From a virus, in the IMG/VR virus record IMGVR_UViG_3300047478_000138, positions 16,770 through 80,769 of that record: a stretch of 64,000 nucleotides of DNA; one strand, 5' to 3'. The stretch's first letter is position 1. Every line of letters begins with the position of its first letter. The translations under genes and the position numbers were made by a program. The notes beneath the pieces are model-generated. The model did no database searches and was not told the DNA's origin. It saw only the letters and a list, made by a program, of their open reading frames with translations. This document shows positions 46,114 through 56,371 of the stretch, one piece after another.

Positions 46114-47958
46114 TTAATCCTTTGGTTGTAATTTGCTAAAATATTTAATCAATTGTGAACGATCAATTTGGTTAGAATTAAGAAAGTTGAGGGTTGCTTT
46201 CTGATTGTCGTCAGTTACATTCTTCATATTCATGTAAGTGTATCCCGGTTTCATACCGAAGAAGGATACTAGCTCAGATAACTTGGCTTTGATTAAGTGG
46301 CGAATGAAACCTTTGTTGTCCGATTCCCACTTGATTGCTGGTTCAGCAGCTAGAAGTGACTTATCTACTGATACATTAGGCAACTTAGGCATAGCATGAG
46401 ATGCTAGGATTTGGAACGGCTTAGATTTGAAAAAATCGCAAGCTTGTTTATACAGTTCCTCAGATGAATCAAACATAAGTATGCGATACTTAGAAGTTGT
46501 GATATCATCAAATACTGCTAATGCTTTGTGATGTTCAGGCGAATAAATGATTGATACAGTGTTCATTGGTTTACTGTCGTCATATACCTGAATAAGTTCA
46601 ACTGGATCAGTGAGTGTCTTCACATCGTAAAAAGTTACGCAACCACAGTTGCATTTGCTCCATTTGCGAATTAAACCAAGCGAGATGTCCTGTGATTTAT
46701 ACTCATATTCCCAAACCGGTCTACTTTCCATGCATGGAACACCCTCAAATACTGTGTAATTGCTGATGTAGGGATTGTCAGTTAGGCTTGGTGATAATTT
46801 GCCGATACAAGGTACAAGAATTGGGTTAGATGTACACGACTCCATACAGAAGTACTGTGCTAATAGATCATCTGGGTATTGCTTAATACACTGGTCTTTG
46901 CAAGATAGCTTATATTTAGCCCATTCATTACTATACGGATTAACTTTATTCAGCATGCCGGAATAATCATATACAGTTGCTTGCTTGTTCCCGTACTTAG
47001 TAGATGCACGAAAGATAGATTGTAAGAATAATGAATGAATCATAGTAGGAAGTAAATAAATAACAGTATCTGCTGATGGTATGTCCACACCAACAGTAAG
47101 CATACGACAATTTACAATAATTCCGTGGTCAGTTGATTCAAACCATTGTCTAACAGATTCAAGTTCGATTTTACTAAGCTTAGAATGAATTGCACGTACA
47201 TTGGATGAATTAAAAGCAGTTACAATGCGTTCAGTAGTTGCAATGGAATTAGTGTACATAATTGCTTTATGCTGAGTTGACCAATTATACTTTGAGTCGT
47301 CTGCAACTATCCAATTAATTAATGCAGTGCGGTCAATGATTTGATCAATATCTGCATTTGCATAATCTCCATTCTGTATTGATAATTGAGATTCATCGGA
47401 TAACATATTGCCAATTGCCATAAAACGTGTTGGTGCTAAATAACCATCATCAATCATCTGTCTAACATTAGTGAATTCAAGGATATTATCAAATTCATCT
47501 GATAGAAATCTATTGCGATTAGTTAATGGAGTACCGGACATATAAATGCGAGTACATGATAGTTTTCTAATTTCCTTTACAATATCAGTATTAAAGCGCA
47601 TATGAATTTCATCAATGCAAATCATATCATACTCAGACAAATCAATATCTCTGCGTTGGAGTGTTTGAAATGTGCCTAAATGAATATGTTTGCTATGATC
47701 AAAAGGTTTGCCTGCTAAGATAAATGAGTAATCATCGTAGTAAGTTGCCAATTGTTCAATAACATGTCTAATACCTACAAGAATTAATACTTTCTTGCCT
47801 TGGAAATATTTGTCAATAATTCCCTTGAGAATTAGAGATTTTCCTGCTCGCATTGTTGCAATTAATAAATTAGAGTTATCAAGTTTGATGTTGTTTATAT
47901 AGTCTAGTTGATACTGACGTAAAATTAATTTAATCATTAAGGCTTCCATTATCTGCAA
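46114..47958 (-). CDS. SF2 DExH helicase (UvsW/RadD-like)
   Basis: LRQYQ, ATMRAGKS, DEIH, SGTP, VGVDIP, QSIFRA; Cys cluster; start may be 47937. Confidence 0.85.
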   Translation of the reverse strand: MQIMEALMIKLILRQYQLDYINNIKLDNSNLLIATMRAGKSLILKGIIDKYFQGKKVLILVGIRHVIEQLATYYDDYSFILAGKPFDHSKHIHLGTFQTLQRRDIDLSEYDMICIDEIHMRFNTDIVKEIRKLSCTRIYMSGTPLTNRNRFLSDEFDNILEFTNVRQMIDDGYLAPTRFMAIGNMLSDESQLSIQNGDYANADIDQIIDRTALINWIVADDSKYNWSTQHKAIMYTNSIATTERIVTAFNSSNVRAIHSKLSKIELESVRQWFESTDHGIIVNCRMLTVGVDIPSADTVIYLLPTMIHSLFLQSIFRASTKYGNKQATVYDYSGMLNKVNPYSNEWAKYKLSCKDQCIKQYPDDLLAQYFCMESCTSNPILVPCIGKLSPSLTDNPYISNYTVFEGVPCMESRPVWEYEYKSQDISLGLIRKWSKCNCGCVTFYDVKTLTDPVELIQVYDDSKPMNTVSIIYSPEHHKALAVFDDITTSKYRILMFDSSEELYKQACDFFKSKPFQILASHAMPKLPNVSVDKSLLAAEPAIKWESDNKGFIRHLIKAKLSELVSFFGMKPGYTYMNMKNVTDDNQKATLNFLNSNQIDRSQLIKYFSKLQPKD

Positions 47959-48286
47959 ATATAAGTTTTTTGTATGGAACTAATAAATTTAGTAGTATAT
48001 CTGTTTGATAAATTCCATTGAAAGGTGTGTGCATTAAATAAGCTATAAATTCATAAGTTTCTGTAATTGTAGTATTATTGCAAAATTGCAAATGTCCTGG
48101 GAGAGGTGTTAAACTTAATTTAGCATTCTGCTTTTTCCAAATTTTATACTCTATTAAATTTTTTAGGTTTGTTTTTGAAATTGAAATATTCTCTTTAGCA
48201 CAAAATACACTATAATTTTTGGTGATTTTTGAACGGACTAATATTGTATTTGTATTATCTTTAACCTTTAAATGTAGTGTTATCAT
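47930..48286 (-). CDS. Hypothetical protein
   Basis: ATGA-coupled ORF. Confidence 0.5.
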   Translation of the reverse strand: MITLHLKVKDNTNTILVRSKITKNYSVFCAKENISISKTNLKNLIEYKIWKKQNAKLSLTPLPGHLQFCNNTTITETYEFIAYLMHTPFNGIYQTDILLNLLVPYKKLIFADNGSLND

Positions 48287-48576
48287 ATATTATGTCTTGT
48301 TAAATCTTCTAGTGCTTCATGTAATGCATCAAGTTTAGTTTCAGGATAGATTGATCCAAAGTTTTCTGAATGCTGTATAGTTAAAACTCTAATATAGTAT
48401 CTCCATCCTCTACGATAGAGACCTATATTAAAAGTACATTGAAATTCAAATGATTGTGAAAGTTCTCGTTCAATAGCTCCGATTAAAATATCTGGATCAA
48501 CATCATTTTGTAAGAATTCAATACGTTGTTTAAGTTCAAGCAGTTTACTAAAGTGTATATCAGTTGTGATTGCCAT
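48283..48576 (-). CDS. Hypothetical protein
   Basis: ORF with AGGA RBS. Confidence 0.55.
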   Translation of the reverse strand: MAITTDIHFSKLLELKQRIEFLQNDVDPDILIGAIERELSQSFEFQCTFNIGLYRRGWRYYIRVLTIQHSENFGSIYPETKLDALHEALEDLTRHNI

Positions 48577-48584
48577 ATAAATTC

Positions 48585-49082
48585 CTATTTAAGTAGTTGA
48601 TTGATAAATAAGTGCCTCATAAGAATATCCGGAATTGTTGGGTCAAGCTCATGCCATTCTGCAAAGTGTTGTGCGTTGCTTACTGCTTCGTGAATGGATT
48701 GCTTGATAAAAGGCTTACGTGTACGAGCTCGTTTATAGCGTGTAATAAGCGGTTCTATTTCATTCCAAAATTGTTCTAGATTAGATTCTCGTGATCTATC
48801 TATATTTACTATAAATACTACCCAATTCTGTTCTGCCGCTACATACAATAATTTACAGGTTTGTCTTTGTGATGTCTTGGAATATTTAGCCGTTGTTTTA
48901 TCAATATATAAAGTTGATAGTTTAGAATTGCTGATTAGTGCAAGTTTAGAATTATAGGAGAATAATTTAATTCCCTTATAAGACATTCGATTGTCTGCGG
49001 TTGTTGCAGATTGTTTATCCTGCGCTAGATAAGATTCAATTAATCCCTCATAATCGTAATGTCCTATCTTAAGCATGGACAA
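48585..49082 (-). CDS. Hypothetical protein
   Basis: LFSYNSKLA...YSKTSQRQ motif common in phage early genes. Confidence 0.6.
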   Translation of the reverse strand: MSMLKIGHYDYEGLIESYLAQDKQSATTADNRMSYKGIKLFSYNSKLALISNSKLSTLYIDKTTAKYSKTSQRQTCKLLYVAAEQNWVVFIVNIDRSRESNLEQFWNEIEPLITRYKRARTRKPFIKQSIHEAVSNAQHFAEWHELDPTIPDILMRHLFINQLLK

Positions 49083-49085
49083 CTC

Positions 49086-49322
49086 CTAAAACTTAAATAT
49101 TGGGTATCTAGTGATACCTTTACGAACTTGTTTATACTTAACAATAGTGTCTTTAGATAAGACATTATATACACGTAACATAGTTAACATTTGTAAAGCT
49201 GATATATTAATGCTGCAAGACTTATAATTAAAATAGTTTATAGTATGAGTATATTTTTGGACAGCTTCCTTAAAAGCAGCTGCTTCAAATATGTTTGCAA
49301 ATGTAAGTAAATATGTTGTCAT
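49086..49322 (-). CDS. Hypothetical protein
   Basis: ORF with AGGA RBS. Confidence 0.5.
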   Translation of the reverse strand: MTTYLLTFANIFEAAAFKEAVQKYTHTINYFNYKSCSINISALQMLTMLRVYNVLSKDTIVKYKQVRKGITRYPIFKF

Positions 49323-49874
49323 ATGTATTCCTAAAATAAATTATTTTTTAAATACTCTCATATATATTTGTAGCAATGTATTTATAAAATAAAAATACAT
49401 ACGAAATGGCCAGGTTATATTATATAGCAGTTTCTGTTTAGTTTTCTTTCTCATATAGGCTCCTAAAATAAATTGATAAAATTACTAGAGCCAACTATTC
49501 AGTTGACTCCGATAAGCTTATCTTCTTCGAGACTAATTACGCTAGTTTCCAACGATTTACTGATATACTCCAATAACTGAGTACTAATGTTCCAATTAGT
49601 CCACGGGATCAAACCGCTGTGCTGCAGTGCCGATTGCAGATTGATAAAGACGTTTGCGACCAACCCCATACTAAGCCAATTGGCTATGTACCTCTATCAT
49701 CCAGTCATAAATTATACTGCTAAGTTGACATACGCTCTGCTAAAAGTGCTAATAGTAGAGGAAAAATATCATCTTTTCTATACACTGTTGTTGTACAAGA
49801 ATCTATAGCAATCTTATTTAAGTAATCTATTATCTGTTTATTTGTTATATTTTCTATATTCATTATAGACTCCT

Positions 49875-50333
49875 TTAAAGTTGATACAAATGTTCAATTT
49901 GTGGAAAAAGCTTGAAAGCTGGTGAATTAGTAAATGTGCCATACTGCCATCTACGAAATTCGATTGAGGTGCGTTCTGCAATAAGCTTGAATACATCATA
50001 AATATCTCTGATGAGGAAATAGTTATGTCCAAGTGCTTCAAGCTTGGCTTGGATAACTAATTGATCAGTAGATTGAGATCCGCCTTTAGGTCGCTTAAGT
50101 TCAAGGTTAAGAACTTGCGCATTCGGTAAGTAGATAACAAGGTCCATAATACCATTAGTGAATCCTTGTAATTTCTGCTCACGAATTAGCTGTGCTTTCT
50201 GCTGTGGAGAGAGCCCGGTTAATGAAATACCATTCAAAGATAAATTAATAACTAAATCAGGATACATCGCCCTAAGCATAGCCACAAGAGTTTGCTGAGA
50301 CACACTTTCAAGATTACTCATGCTGTACTCCAA
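49875..50333 (-). CDS. VRR-NUC family nuclease
   Basis: GFTNGIMDL...LELKRPKGGSQSTDQ...LEALGH. Confidence 0.82.
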   Translation of the reverse strand: MEYSMSNLESVSQQTLVAMLRAMYPDLVINLSLNGISLTGLSPQQKAQLIREQKLQGFTNGIMDLVIYLPNAQVLNLELKRPKGGSQSTDQLVIQAKLEALGHNYFLIRDIYDVFKLIAERTSIEFRRWQYGTFTNSPAFKLFPQIEHLYQL

Positions 50334-50766
50334 ATTTATTAAGAAATTCTATGATTTCTGGGTGTTCCTCAGGTTCCTCTAAGGCATAATCATATGATTC
50401 TGTCCAATACGATGGGTCATTTAGCCAATTAGCATGTTCTTCTGACATATACTCAGTGTTACAAGAATAGGTTACTTCTCCATCAGTTAATTCAACTTGA
50501 ATGAAGAAATTACTCCCTGATTCTGCATCAATAATTTCACCAGATAGGTGATATTTCTCTGCTAATGCAGTTAGTAACTCTACCTCTATACCCCAACGAC
50601 CACTACCAGACATATGCCAAGTAGGTGGTTCGTGAGTGAAGTGGTTATCCGATATTTCTGATATGTTGTAGTTAAAATAATCCTGTGAGGTAAATTCATC
50701 ATAAGCTGCTCGAACATCAAATAATTGTCCAGTAAGAGTTATACTAAAATCAGAATGATTAGCCAT
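50314..50766 (-). CDS. Acidic hypothetical protein
   Basis: ORF coupled to neighbours. Confidence 0.55.
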   Translation of the reverse strand: MANHSDFSITLTGQLFDVRAAYDEFTSQDYFNYNISEISDNHFTHEPPTWHMSGSGRWGIEVELLTALAEKYHLSGEIIDAESGSNFFIQVELTDGEVTYSCNTEYMSEEHANWLNDPSYWTESYDYALEEPEEHPEIIEFLNKFGVQHE

Positions 50767-51451
50767 TTGCTAATACTCCGTAAGTTGATTGATAAGTTTG
50801 CATTGCTGTTGTGTGTTGCTGCATTAAAAGTATACGCTCAGAAATGTCCGTATGCTTAATAATGTCTGCTAATGTATGTGCCAAATATGTATCTATTACA
50901 GTTGATGGAGTATCTGGTGATAAAGTTTGCTTAAGACGTAAAGCATATATAAATTTCTTGTTCTCTGTGTCTAAAGCATATGCTGTATAAATATCAAAAT
51001 TAGTTAACTGTTGTTTAAAGTCAAACTTGAAATGAATAGGCCTATCTAAAAGGATATTATGTAAGATTGTGATATAACATATACTGCTATTAGGTGTTTT
51101 GACCACTGTATCAAATTCAAAGAAGTCTATAAATTCCTCATACTGCAATAAAGGTATAGATAATGAGTTTGCTTTTGGAGTATACAATTTAGACAATATC
51201 TCTCGTTGATAACTAGTTTGCAAATTGTATATAAAATCAGGCAATATTTTCTTTGATTTATTTGCAAATAAATTAAGTGAAAGAATAAATAGTTTGTAAG
51301 TAAATTTAAGTTTCATATAGTCCATAGAACTGCTATATAAACATATATCTGTTAATTCCTTATGCCACTTACGTACTAATGCTTCAAGCTCATGTGCATA
51401 CTTAGTACCATTAAGTTGTTCAACTGCTACTTGATAAAGAAATATATCCAT
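50759..51451 (-). CDS. Hypothetical protein
   Basis: 230-aa ORF, TAATG coupling. Confidence 0.6.
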   Translation of the reverse strand: MDIFLYQVAVEQLNGTKYAHELEALVRKWHKELTDICLYSSSMDYMKLKFTYKLFILSLNLFANKSKKILPDFIYNLQTSYQREILSKLYTPKANSLSIPLLQYEEFIDFFEFDTVVKTPNSSICYITILHNILLDRPIHFKFDFKQQLTNFDIYTAYALDTENKKFIYALRLKQTLSPDTPSTVIDTYLAHTLADIIKHTDISERILLMQQHTTAMQTYQSTYGVLANG

Positions 51452-52419
51452 TACAAATCCTTGATGAGTTTATTTAATGCTTGTTGTGCAATTAATAAAT
51501 TAGCTTTATAAATGTCTAGAATGTCAGAAGGTGCTTGTTGCGCATGCTTGATAAGTTCATCATATAAAACTTGTGAATAGTTTGATTGTTGTAATGTAGC
51601 AAATGCATATCCAATAGTTGCTTCTACTTCATACTCAGTATCTGGTGCTAAACGATTGATGTTTGTCACAAAAGGTTTGTATGCAGAGTCTGCTGAATCA
51701 AGTACTGCTCTAAAAGTTAGATGTTGATTAGAATTACTGCGTATTGTATTTCTATTAACAGAAGGGTAATTCTTTAGATCTTTGCAACGGTTCGTTAAAT
51801 ATTTCTGCAATGAGATTGATGGTTTTGTGCAATGCCCAAGAATGCTGTTTATAAAGTCATTCTTAAAGTCCTTTGGAAAGTTTGTGCATTGCTTGATGAA
51901 TTCCTCTGCTTGCACTGAGTTAAATGGCTTAACAGTAGTTATCCATTGCTGGAAGATTGTTAAGGACATATAATTAGGTTCAATAGACTTACCATATGCA
52001 GTACTTGTGGTTTCTGTAGTATTAAGTTTGCTACGCAAATAAGGATTTAAATACTGTTTAGCTTCTATAACATTGCCTATAATTAGGTGCTTAGGTAGTT
52101 CTGCATAAGGACTTAAAGTAAATCCTTGAAGCCTTGCATAGGTTACATTTATATGAAATAAATTGTTTGTAATAATGTAATGTTTATCAAGATATTCCTT
52201 GAATACTTTTGTACCCTCTGAAAATACCCCCGCTTTGCTATGTGTGTCCATATAAACTAATAATAATTCAATCTTAAATAAATTAAGATGTGAATAAGGT
52301 TCGTTGATTAATTCCTTGTACTTTGTATTTGCTGTGTTAGGATCAATAACTGACCAGAATTCCTTCAGATTAGGTTTAGCAGTATTGATAATTGATGCGA
52401 TTGAAGTGTATGGTGTCAT
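51451..52419 (-). CDS. Hypothetical protein
   Basis: 322-aa ORF with AAGGA RBS. Confidence 0.65.
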   Translation of the reverse strand: MTPYTSIASIINTAKPNLKEFWSVIDPNTANTKYKELINEPYSHLNLFKIELLLVYMDTHSKAGVFSEGTKVFKEYLDKHYIITNNLFHINVTYARLQGFTLSPYAELPKHLIIGNVIEAKQYLNPYLRSKLNTTETTSTAYGKSIEPNYMSLTIFQQWITTVKPFNSVQAEEFIKQCTNFPKDFKNDFINSILGHCTKPSISLQKYLTNRCKDLKNYPSVNRNTIRSNSNQHLTFRAVLDSADSAYKPFVTNINRLAPDTEYEVEATIGYAFATLQQSNYSQVLYDELIKHAQQAPSDILDIYKANLLIAQQALNKLIKDL

Positions 52420-52611
52420 GTTGATTCCTTGAGAGTTAAAAATATGTATTAATAAACTTCCGTGACTATCTACAGTAGCCTAGGACTGTGACTGTTTAAT
52501 CCGCCCTCTAAGGTAAAAAGAATGATCAATTCAAAATTCTAGTGGGGCTTAGTCTGTTGCGTTTATACCTCAACAGATACGGTTGGAAGTTTACTAATAA
52601 ATATGATGTTG

Positions 52612-52640
52612 AATTAATACAGGAGATATTCCTGTATTAA
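52612..52640 (-). terminator. Hairpin downstream of 52650-52859
   Basis: TTAATACAGGA / TCCTGTATTAA inverted repeat. Confidence 0.4.
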
Positions 52641-52649
52641 AAGCGGAAA

Positions 52650-52859
52650 CTATTTCAATCCAAGTATTGTATCTATCTTATTCTCTAAAGATTTTAATAA
52701 AACTATCTCATGTTCTGAATAATCATCTATCTTTAGTTGAATAGGCATGATTAATCCTTTTATATCCCACCATATCTGCGGCCTAGTTAAATAATTGTAC
52801 TTAGTTAAATCAATGTTATTGATAGCTTCTTCATACACTGCGTACAAGAAATCATCCAT
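52650..52859 (-). CDS. Hypothetical protein
   Basis: ORF. Confidence 0.5.
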   Translation of the reverse strand: MDDFLYAVYEEAINNIDLTKYNYLTRPQIWWDIKGLIMPIQLKIDDYSEHEIVLLKSLENKIDTILGLK

Positions 52860-52864
52860 GAAAT

Positions 52865-54316
52865 TTACTGCATGCTGATGTCTGTACAGCCTACGATGTT
52901 CATAGGATTCGCTTCAGGCGTTAAAAAAGTTACAGACAATTGTTTAATTGCTGGATACTTAGTCATTGAAGCGGGTATATCTGAGAAATTGTCACTAAAA
53001 CTGATATATATAGACTTAGCTGGATCAATTTGCTTAGTTGTTAACATATCGTTAATTCTACTGAATACGTGATTATGGGAGGTTCCACCTACGGTGTAAC
53101 GATGAGATAATGCTGCTAAGAAATCTGGATTAGACTTGATGTTAAAATCAGACTTGATAGTGAATTCACGCACAATTTCCGTATCATGGATAAGTACAAT
53201 GAGATTCGTAATACGCTTAGATTGCTTCTCGAAGAGATACAATAATTGCTGAAGACCTTCCGTGGAAACTGATCCAGAATGATCTACTGATAGAATTACT
53301 GAAAGTTTATTGTCCTCATACGAGGTATTTGGTGCTTTGAACTTATGACGATACGTGATGTTCAAGCTAGACCACTGAGATTTGAAGGTGTTAGTCATAT
53401 AGTAAACATCCTTCGAGAACTTGGCTGCAAGTTTCTTGAACCATCCAGTGGATACTTTCTTTGCAGTAAAGAATTGTCCAAAGATTGCTGCTGAACCAGT
53501 TCCGCGAGACATGCTACCCAAATGATTCTCTAGAGTTTCCCCAAGATTTGTTTGAATATACTCATCTGCTGGAATAGATCCATTAATATCTGCTGAGAAA
53601 ATTGAGTTGAAAGTGTGGTCATACACAAAATCATCATCAAATTCCTCTGATTGCTCCTCGTCGTTAGACAGATTCGCAACTACAAGTTTAGCTACAATGT
53701 CCATCTCTGAAAGAGTTGCGTAAGAAATATCATATGCTTGACCTTCGATGATTGTGTTGAACTTATTTGCTAATGGAGATGCTGCAAACAGTTGCTTAAT
53801 AGTCTCGTTAACTGCATAATTACATGCTTGAATGCTGTACTTGTAATGCTGAGTGCTTGCAATAGCTGGGTTGTTGTGCTTGATGATGCTAGACATCATA
53901 CGATAGTGAGTTTGCGTATTCATGCGACGAGTTAGCTTGAGTGCTTCACGCATATACAAATAAGCAAAGAATTCAGGATGCTTGTTGATTGCTTTAGTGA
54001 TTCGCTTGATATGCTTTTCTGAATCATACCAAAATGCAATGATTACTTTTGTGGAGTCATCGTGCTTCAAGTATGCATGAGTGAATTCCTCAAGTGCATT
54101 AAGCTTTTTGCGAGGCTTAGGTTGATTTGTGATGTGACGAAGTTCAATCTGCAATGGTAAAGTTGTGAATAAATTAGCAATCATGCTAGATGTTTTGCTA
54201 AGTCCACAAAGTTGGTTAGTTGATTTCGCTACTTCACTGTAGATGAAGTGAGGGATTTCGTACATAAACTGCTTGTACGTTTCTGTTGATTTGATGTCCT
54301 TCATTTTTGTCTCCAT
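52865..54316 (-). CDS. vWA-domain protein (MoxR partner)
   Basis: MIDAS SVDHSGSVS, HDTEI, GGTSH, SFSDN. Confidence 0.8.
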   Translation of the reverse strand: METKMKDIKSTETYKQFMYEIPHFIYSEVAKSTNQLCGLSKTSSMIANLFTTLPLQIELRHITNQPKPRKKLNALEEFTHAYLKHDDSTKVIIAFWYDSEKHIKRITKAINKHPEFFAYLYMREALKLTRRMNTQTHYRMMSSIIKHNNPAIASTQHYKYSIQACNYAVNETIKQLFAASPLANKFNTIIEGQAYDISYATLSEMDIVAKLVVANLSNDEEQSEEFDDDFVYDHTFNSIFSADINGSIPADEYIQTNLGETLENHLGSMSRGTGSAAIFGQFFTAKKVSTGWFKKLAAKFSKDVYYMTNTFKSQWSSLNITYRHKFKAPNTSYEDNKLSVILSVDHSGSVSTEGLQQLLYLFEKQSKRITNLIVLIHDTEIVREFTIKSDFNIKSNPDFLAALSHRYTVGGTSHNHVFSRINDMLTTKQIDPAKSIYISFSDNFSDIPASMTKYPAIKQLSVTFLTPEANPMNIVGCTDISMQ

Positions 54317-54468
54317 AAGGATGTTGTGATTACCAAACCTTCGTCTGGTATGTAAGCACTAGATTGTGCAACTATGTTGATAGTATATCCTGAACTAACC
54401 CAAGTTCTGATTAATTTCTGGGTAGTTGCTGCTGTTTCGGTGATACAGATAAATTCCATGTTAATTCC

Positions 54469-54950
54469 TTAAAAATTGGTAATTCCTACGTGCTTAATGA
54501 CTTTTGTAAATGCTTCAATGCGTTTCTCTCTATCAGATATTTCATGCCCGTATAAGAAGTTCATGAGACTATTAAGTTCAACAAATTTAGGCAATATATC
54601 TGCATCGCCATCCTCATAAACAAATAAATTGATAATAGTATCTGGTGAATCTATTGGATAATATTTCACAATACGAATTAATGGTCCCCAATTGTATATT
54701 CATCGTATTCAAGACGAGGCACATCCTCAAATTCAGGATATCCATATAAATCCCAATAAGCCTTTCCATCGTCTGTTATAATATGATCCCACTTATCAAA
54801 TTGAGTATCATTTATAATGTCTCCATTCATTAAACGTGCACAATCAGATTCAAGTATTACGATATCCCAATCAGATTCTGCTGTTGAGCAATTAAATGCG
54901 CGAGAACCAGTTAATACACCTACTTGCAATAATTGTTCAAGTTGAGTCAT
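54469..54950 (-). pseudogene. Pol-beta-family nucleotidyltransferase, apparently frameshifted near 54690
   Basis: LTGSRAF...SDWDIVI; a -1 shift at ATT GGG joins 54678-54950 to 54469-54669 (IWGPLIRIVKY). Confidence 0.5.
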
Positions 54951-54959
54951 GAAGAAGCC

Positions 54960-56141
54960 TTATAATAAGTACTGAGATGCTATTTTCATATAACTGTGGA
55001 TATTCTCAATTGGTTCTACTGATAGTTTATCGAACTTAGCTTTCGAGGTGTTCGGATAATCTGATGCAATCATAGGTTGATGGCTGAGTTTCTTGATAGC
55101 GAACTTAAGTCCGTCAGAAGCTGTGTCCATAGTACGTTGCTTGATGTAGAGTTCGCCAATAACAAATCCAACAAATGCAGATGCTGCGTTAGAATGGTTC
55201 ATAGCAAGTAATTCGAATAAGTACATCGCGTCATCAAGAGTGTGAATAAAGTTGGTGATGTATGAGTAAATAATTGAATCAAGTGGATCTTGCTTGCTAA
55301 GGTCAACTAATGTACGGTTTGCAACTAATTTAGTAAAGTCAATTGCTTGAATATATGCAACATGTGCTTGAAAAGCTTGTGCAGCTGCGGTTGATACTTG
55401 CATATGAGCTACTGCATAAGCAAATCCAATAGGATCCTCATGTAAGCTAAGTTCAGCAGCAATTGCGGTCCAGGCGCGTGGAGTGGCATATCCCTCAATA
55501 CCAGTTGTCTCATCTTCCTGAGTATAATGTGGTTTAGCCTTGAGGAAGGAGGCTACTAAATACTGCAATTGATTACCTCCATTTACTGTAAACCAGTGCT
55601 CAAAATTAAATTGCATTACTAAGATATTTAATCTATTTCGTATAGCACTTGAGATTCCATTAAATCCTGCAAGATCTGAGTTATTCATAGTTCCTAATAT
55701 CGCAACATTGTTTGGTAATCTATAGTTGCCTAATTTTTTATCAAGTAATAATTGATAAAAATAAGATTGTAAATGTGGTGCCATGCCATGAAAATCATCC
55801 AATAACAAAATTGTTGGTTTTTCTTCTGCGGCTGTCCATACAGAAGTTAACATTTCTGGCATGGACCACGTAGTTCCTATAACTTTATCTGTAATACGAA
55901 TAATTAAAGATTTAATAAATCCTGCTAAAGCTGTTTCATTAGGTAATCCACTAAGAAATTCGATTGTTAAGGTGGGACAAGAGAATTCTACAATGTTCAT
56001 ATCTAATTCAGCAGCTAATGCTCTAAGTGAAGAAGATTTTCCAATTCCTGGAGTTCCAGCAATTATTAAAGGGGCAACTGCTTTACTAGAAAGTTGCCCT
56101 TTTATATTATTTGTGATTAAAGTAAGTTCATTATTAGTCAT
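54960..56141 (-). CDS. MoxR-like AAA+ ATPase
   Basis: GTPGIGKS, LLLDDF, GTMN, AIRNR, TPRAW; paired with the vWA gene as in N4-like phages. Confidence 0.85.
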   Translation of the reverse strand: MTNNELTLITNNIKGQLSSKAVAPLIIAGTPGIGKSSSLRALAAELDMNIVEFSCPTLTIEFLSGLPNETALAGFIKSLIIRITDKVIGTTWSMPEMLTSVWTAAEEKPTILLLDDFHGMAPHLQSYFYQLLLDKKLGNYRLPNNVAILGTMNNSDLAGFNGISSAIRNRLNILVMQFNFEHWFTVNGGNQLQYLVASFLKAKPHYTQEDETTGIEGYATPRAWTAIAAELSLHEDPIGFAYAVAHMQVSTAAAQAFQAHVAYIQAIDFTKLVANRTLVDLSKQDPLDSIIYSYITNFIHTLDDAMYLFELLAMNHSNAASAFVGFVIGELYIKQRTMDTASDGLKFAIKKLSHQPMIASDYPNTSKAKFDKLSVEPIENIHSYMKIASQYLL

Positions 56142-56200
56142 TAAACAACTCCTAAGTAAGTTTATGGTAAAATTTCTGTAAATAAAGCAATAAAGGATTA

Positions 56201-56371
56201 ATGATGTATAAACAGAAATATGTTAAGGTCACAATAACAATGGACCCGACAATACTTGCAGAGATGAAAGAACACCTAAAACAAGTAAATGATAGTAAAA
56301 CAATGATGCACGTAAGTCAGTCAGACTTCGTTACTGAAGCTGTAAAACAATTACTCAATAAGGATAAGTAA
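56201..56371 (+). CDS. Ribbon-helix-helix (CopG-like) DNA-binding protein (56 aa; not in ORF track)
   Basis: VKVTITMDPTILAEMKEHL...SQSDFVTEAVKQLL; AAGGA RBS; TAATG coupling to the endonuclease. Confidence 0.75.
   Translation: MMYKQKYVKVTITMDPTILAEMKEHLKQVNDSKTMMHVSQSDFVTEAVKQLLNKDK

Noticed and set aside
49500-49863. ORF-poor stretch as possible ncRNA or stop-codon recoding
   Set aside because: Reads as short or frameshifted ORF remnants; TAG and TGA act as normal stops elsewhere (HU, nrdA)
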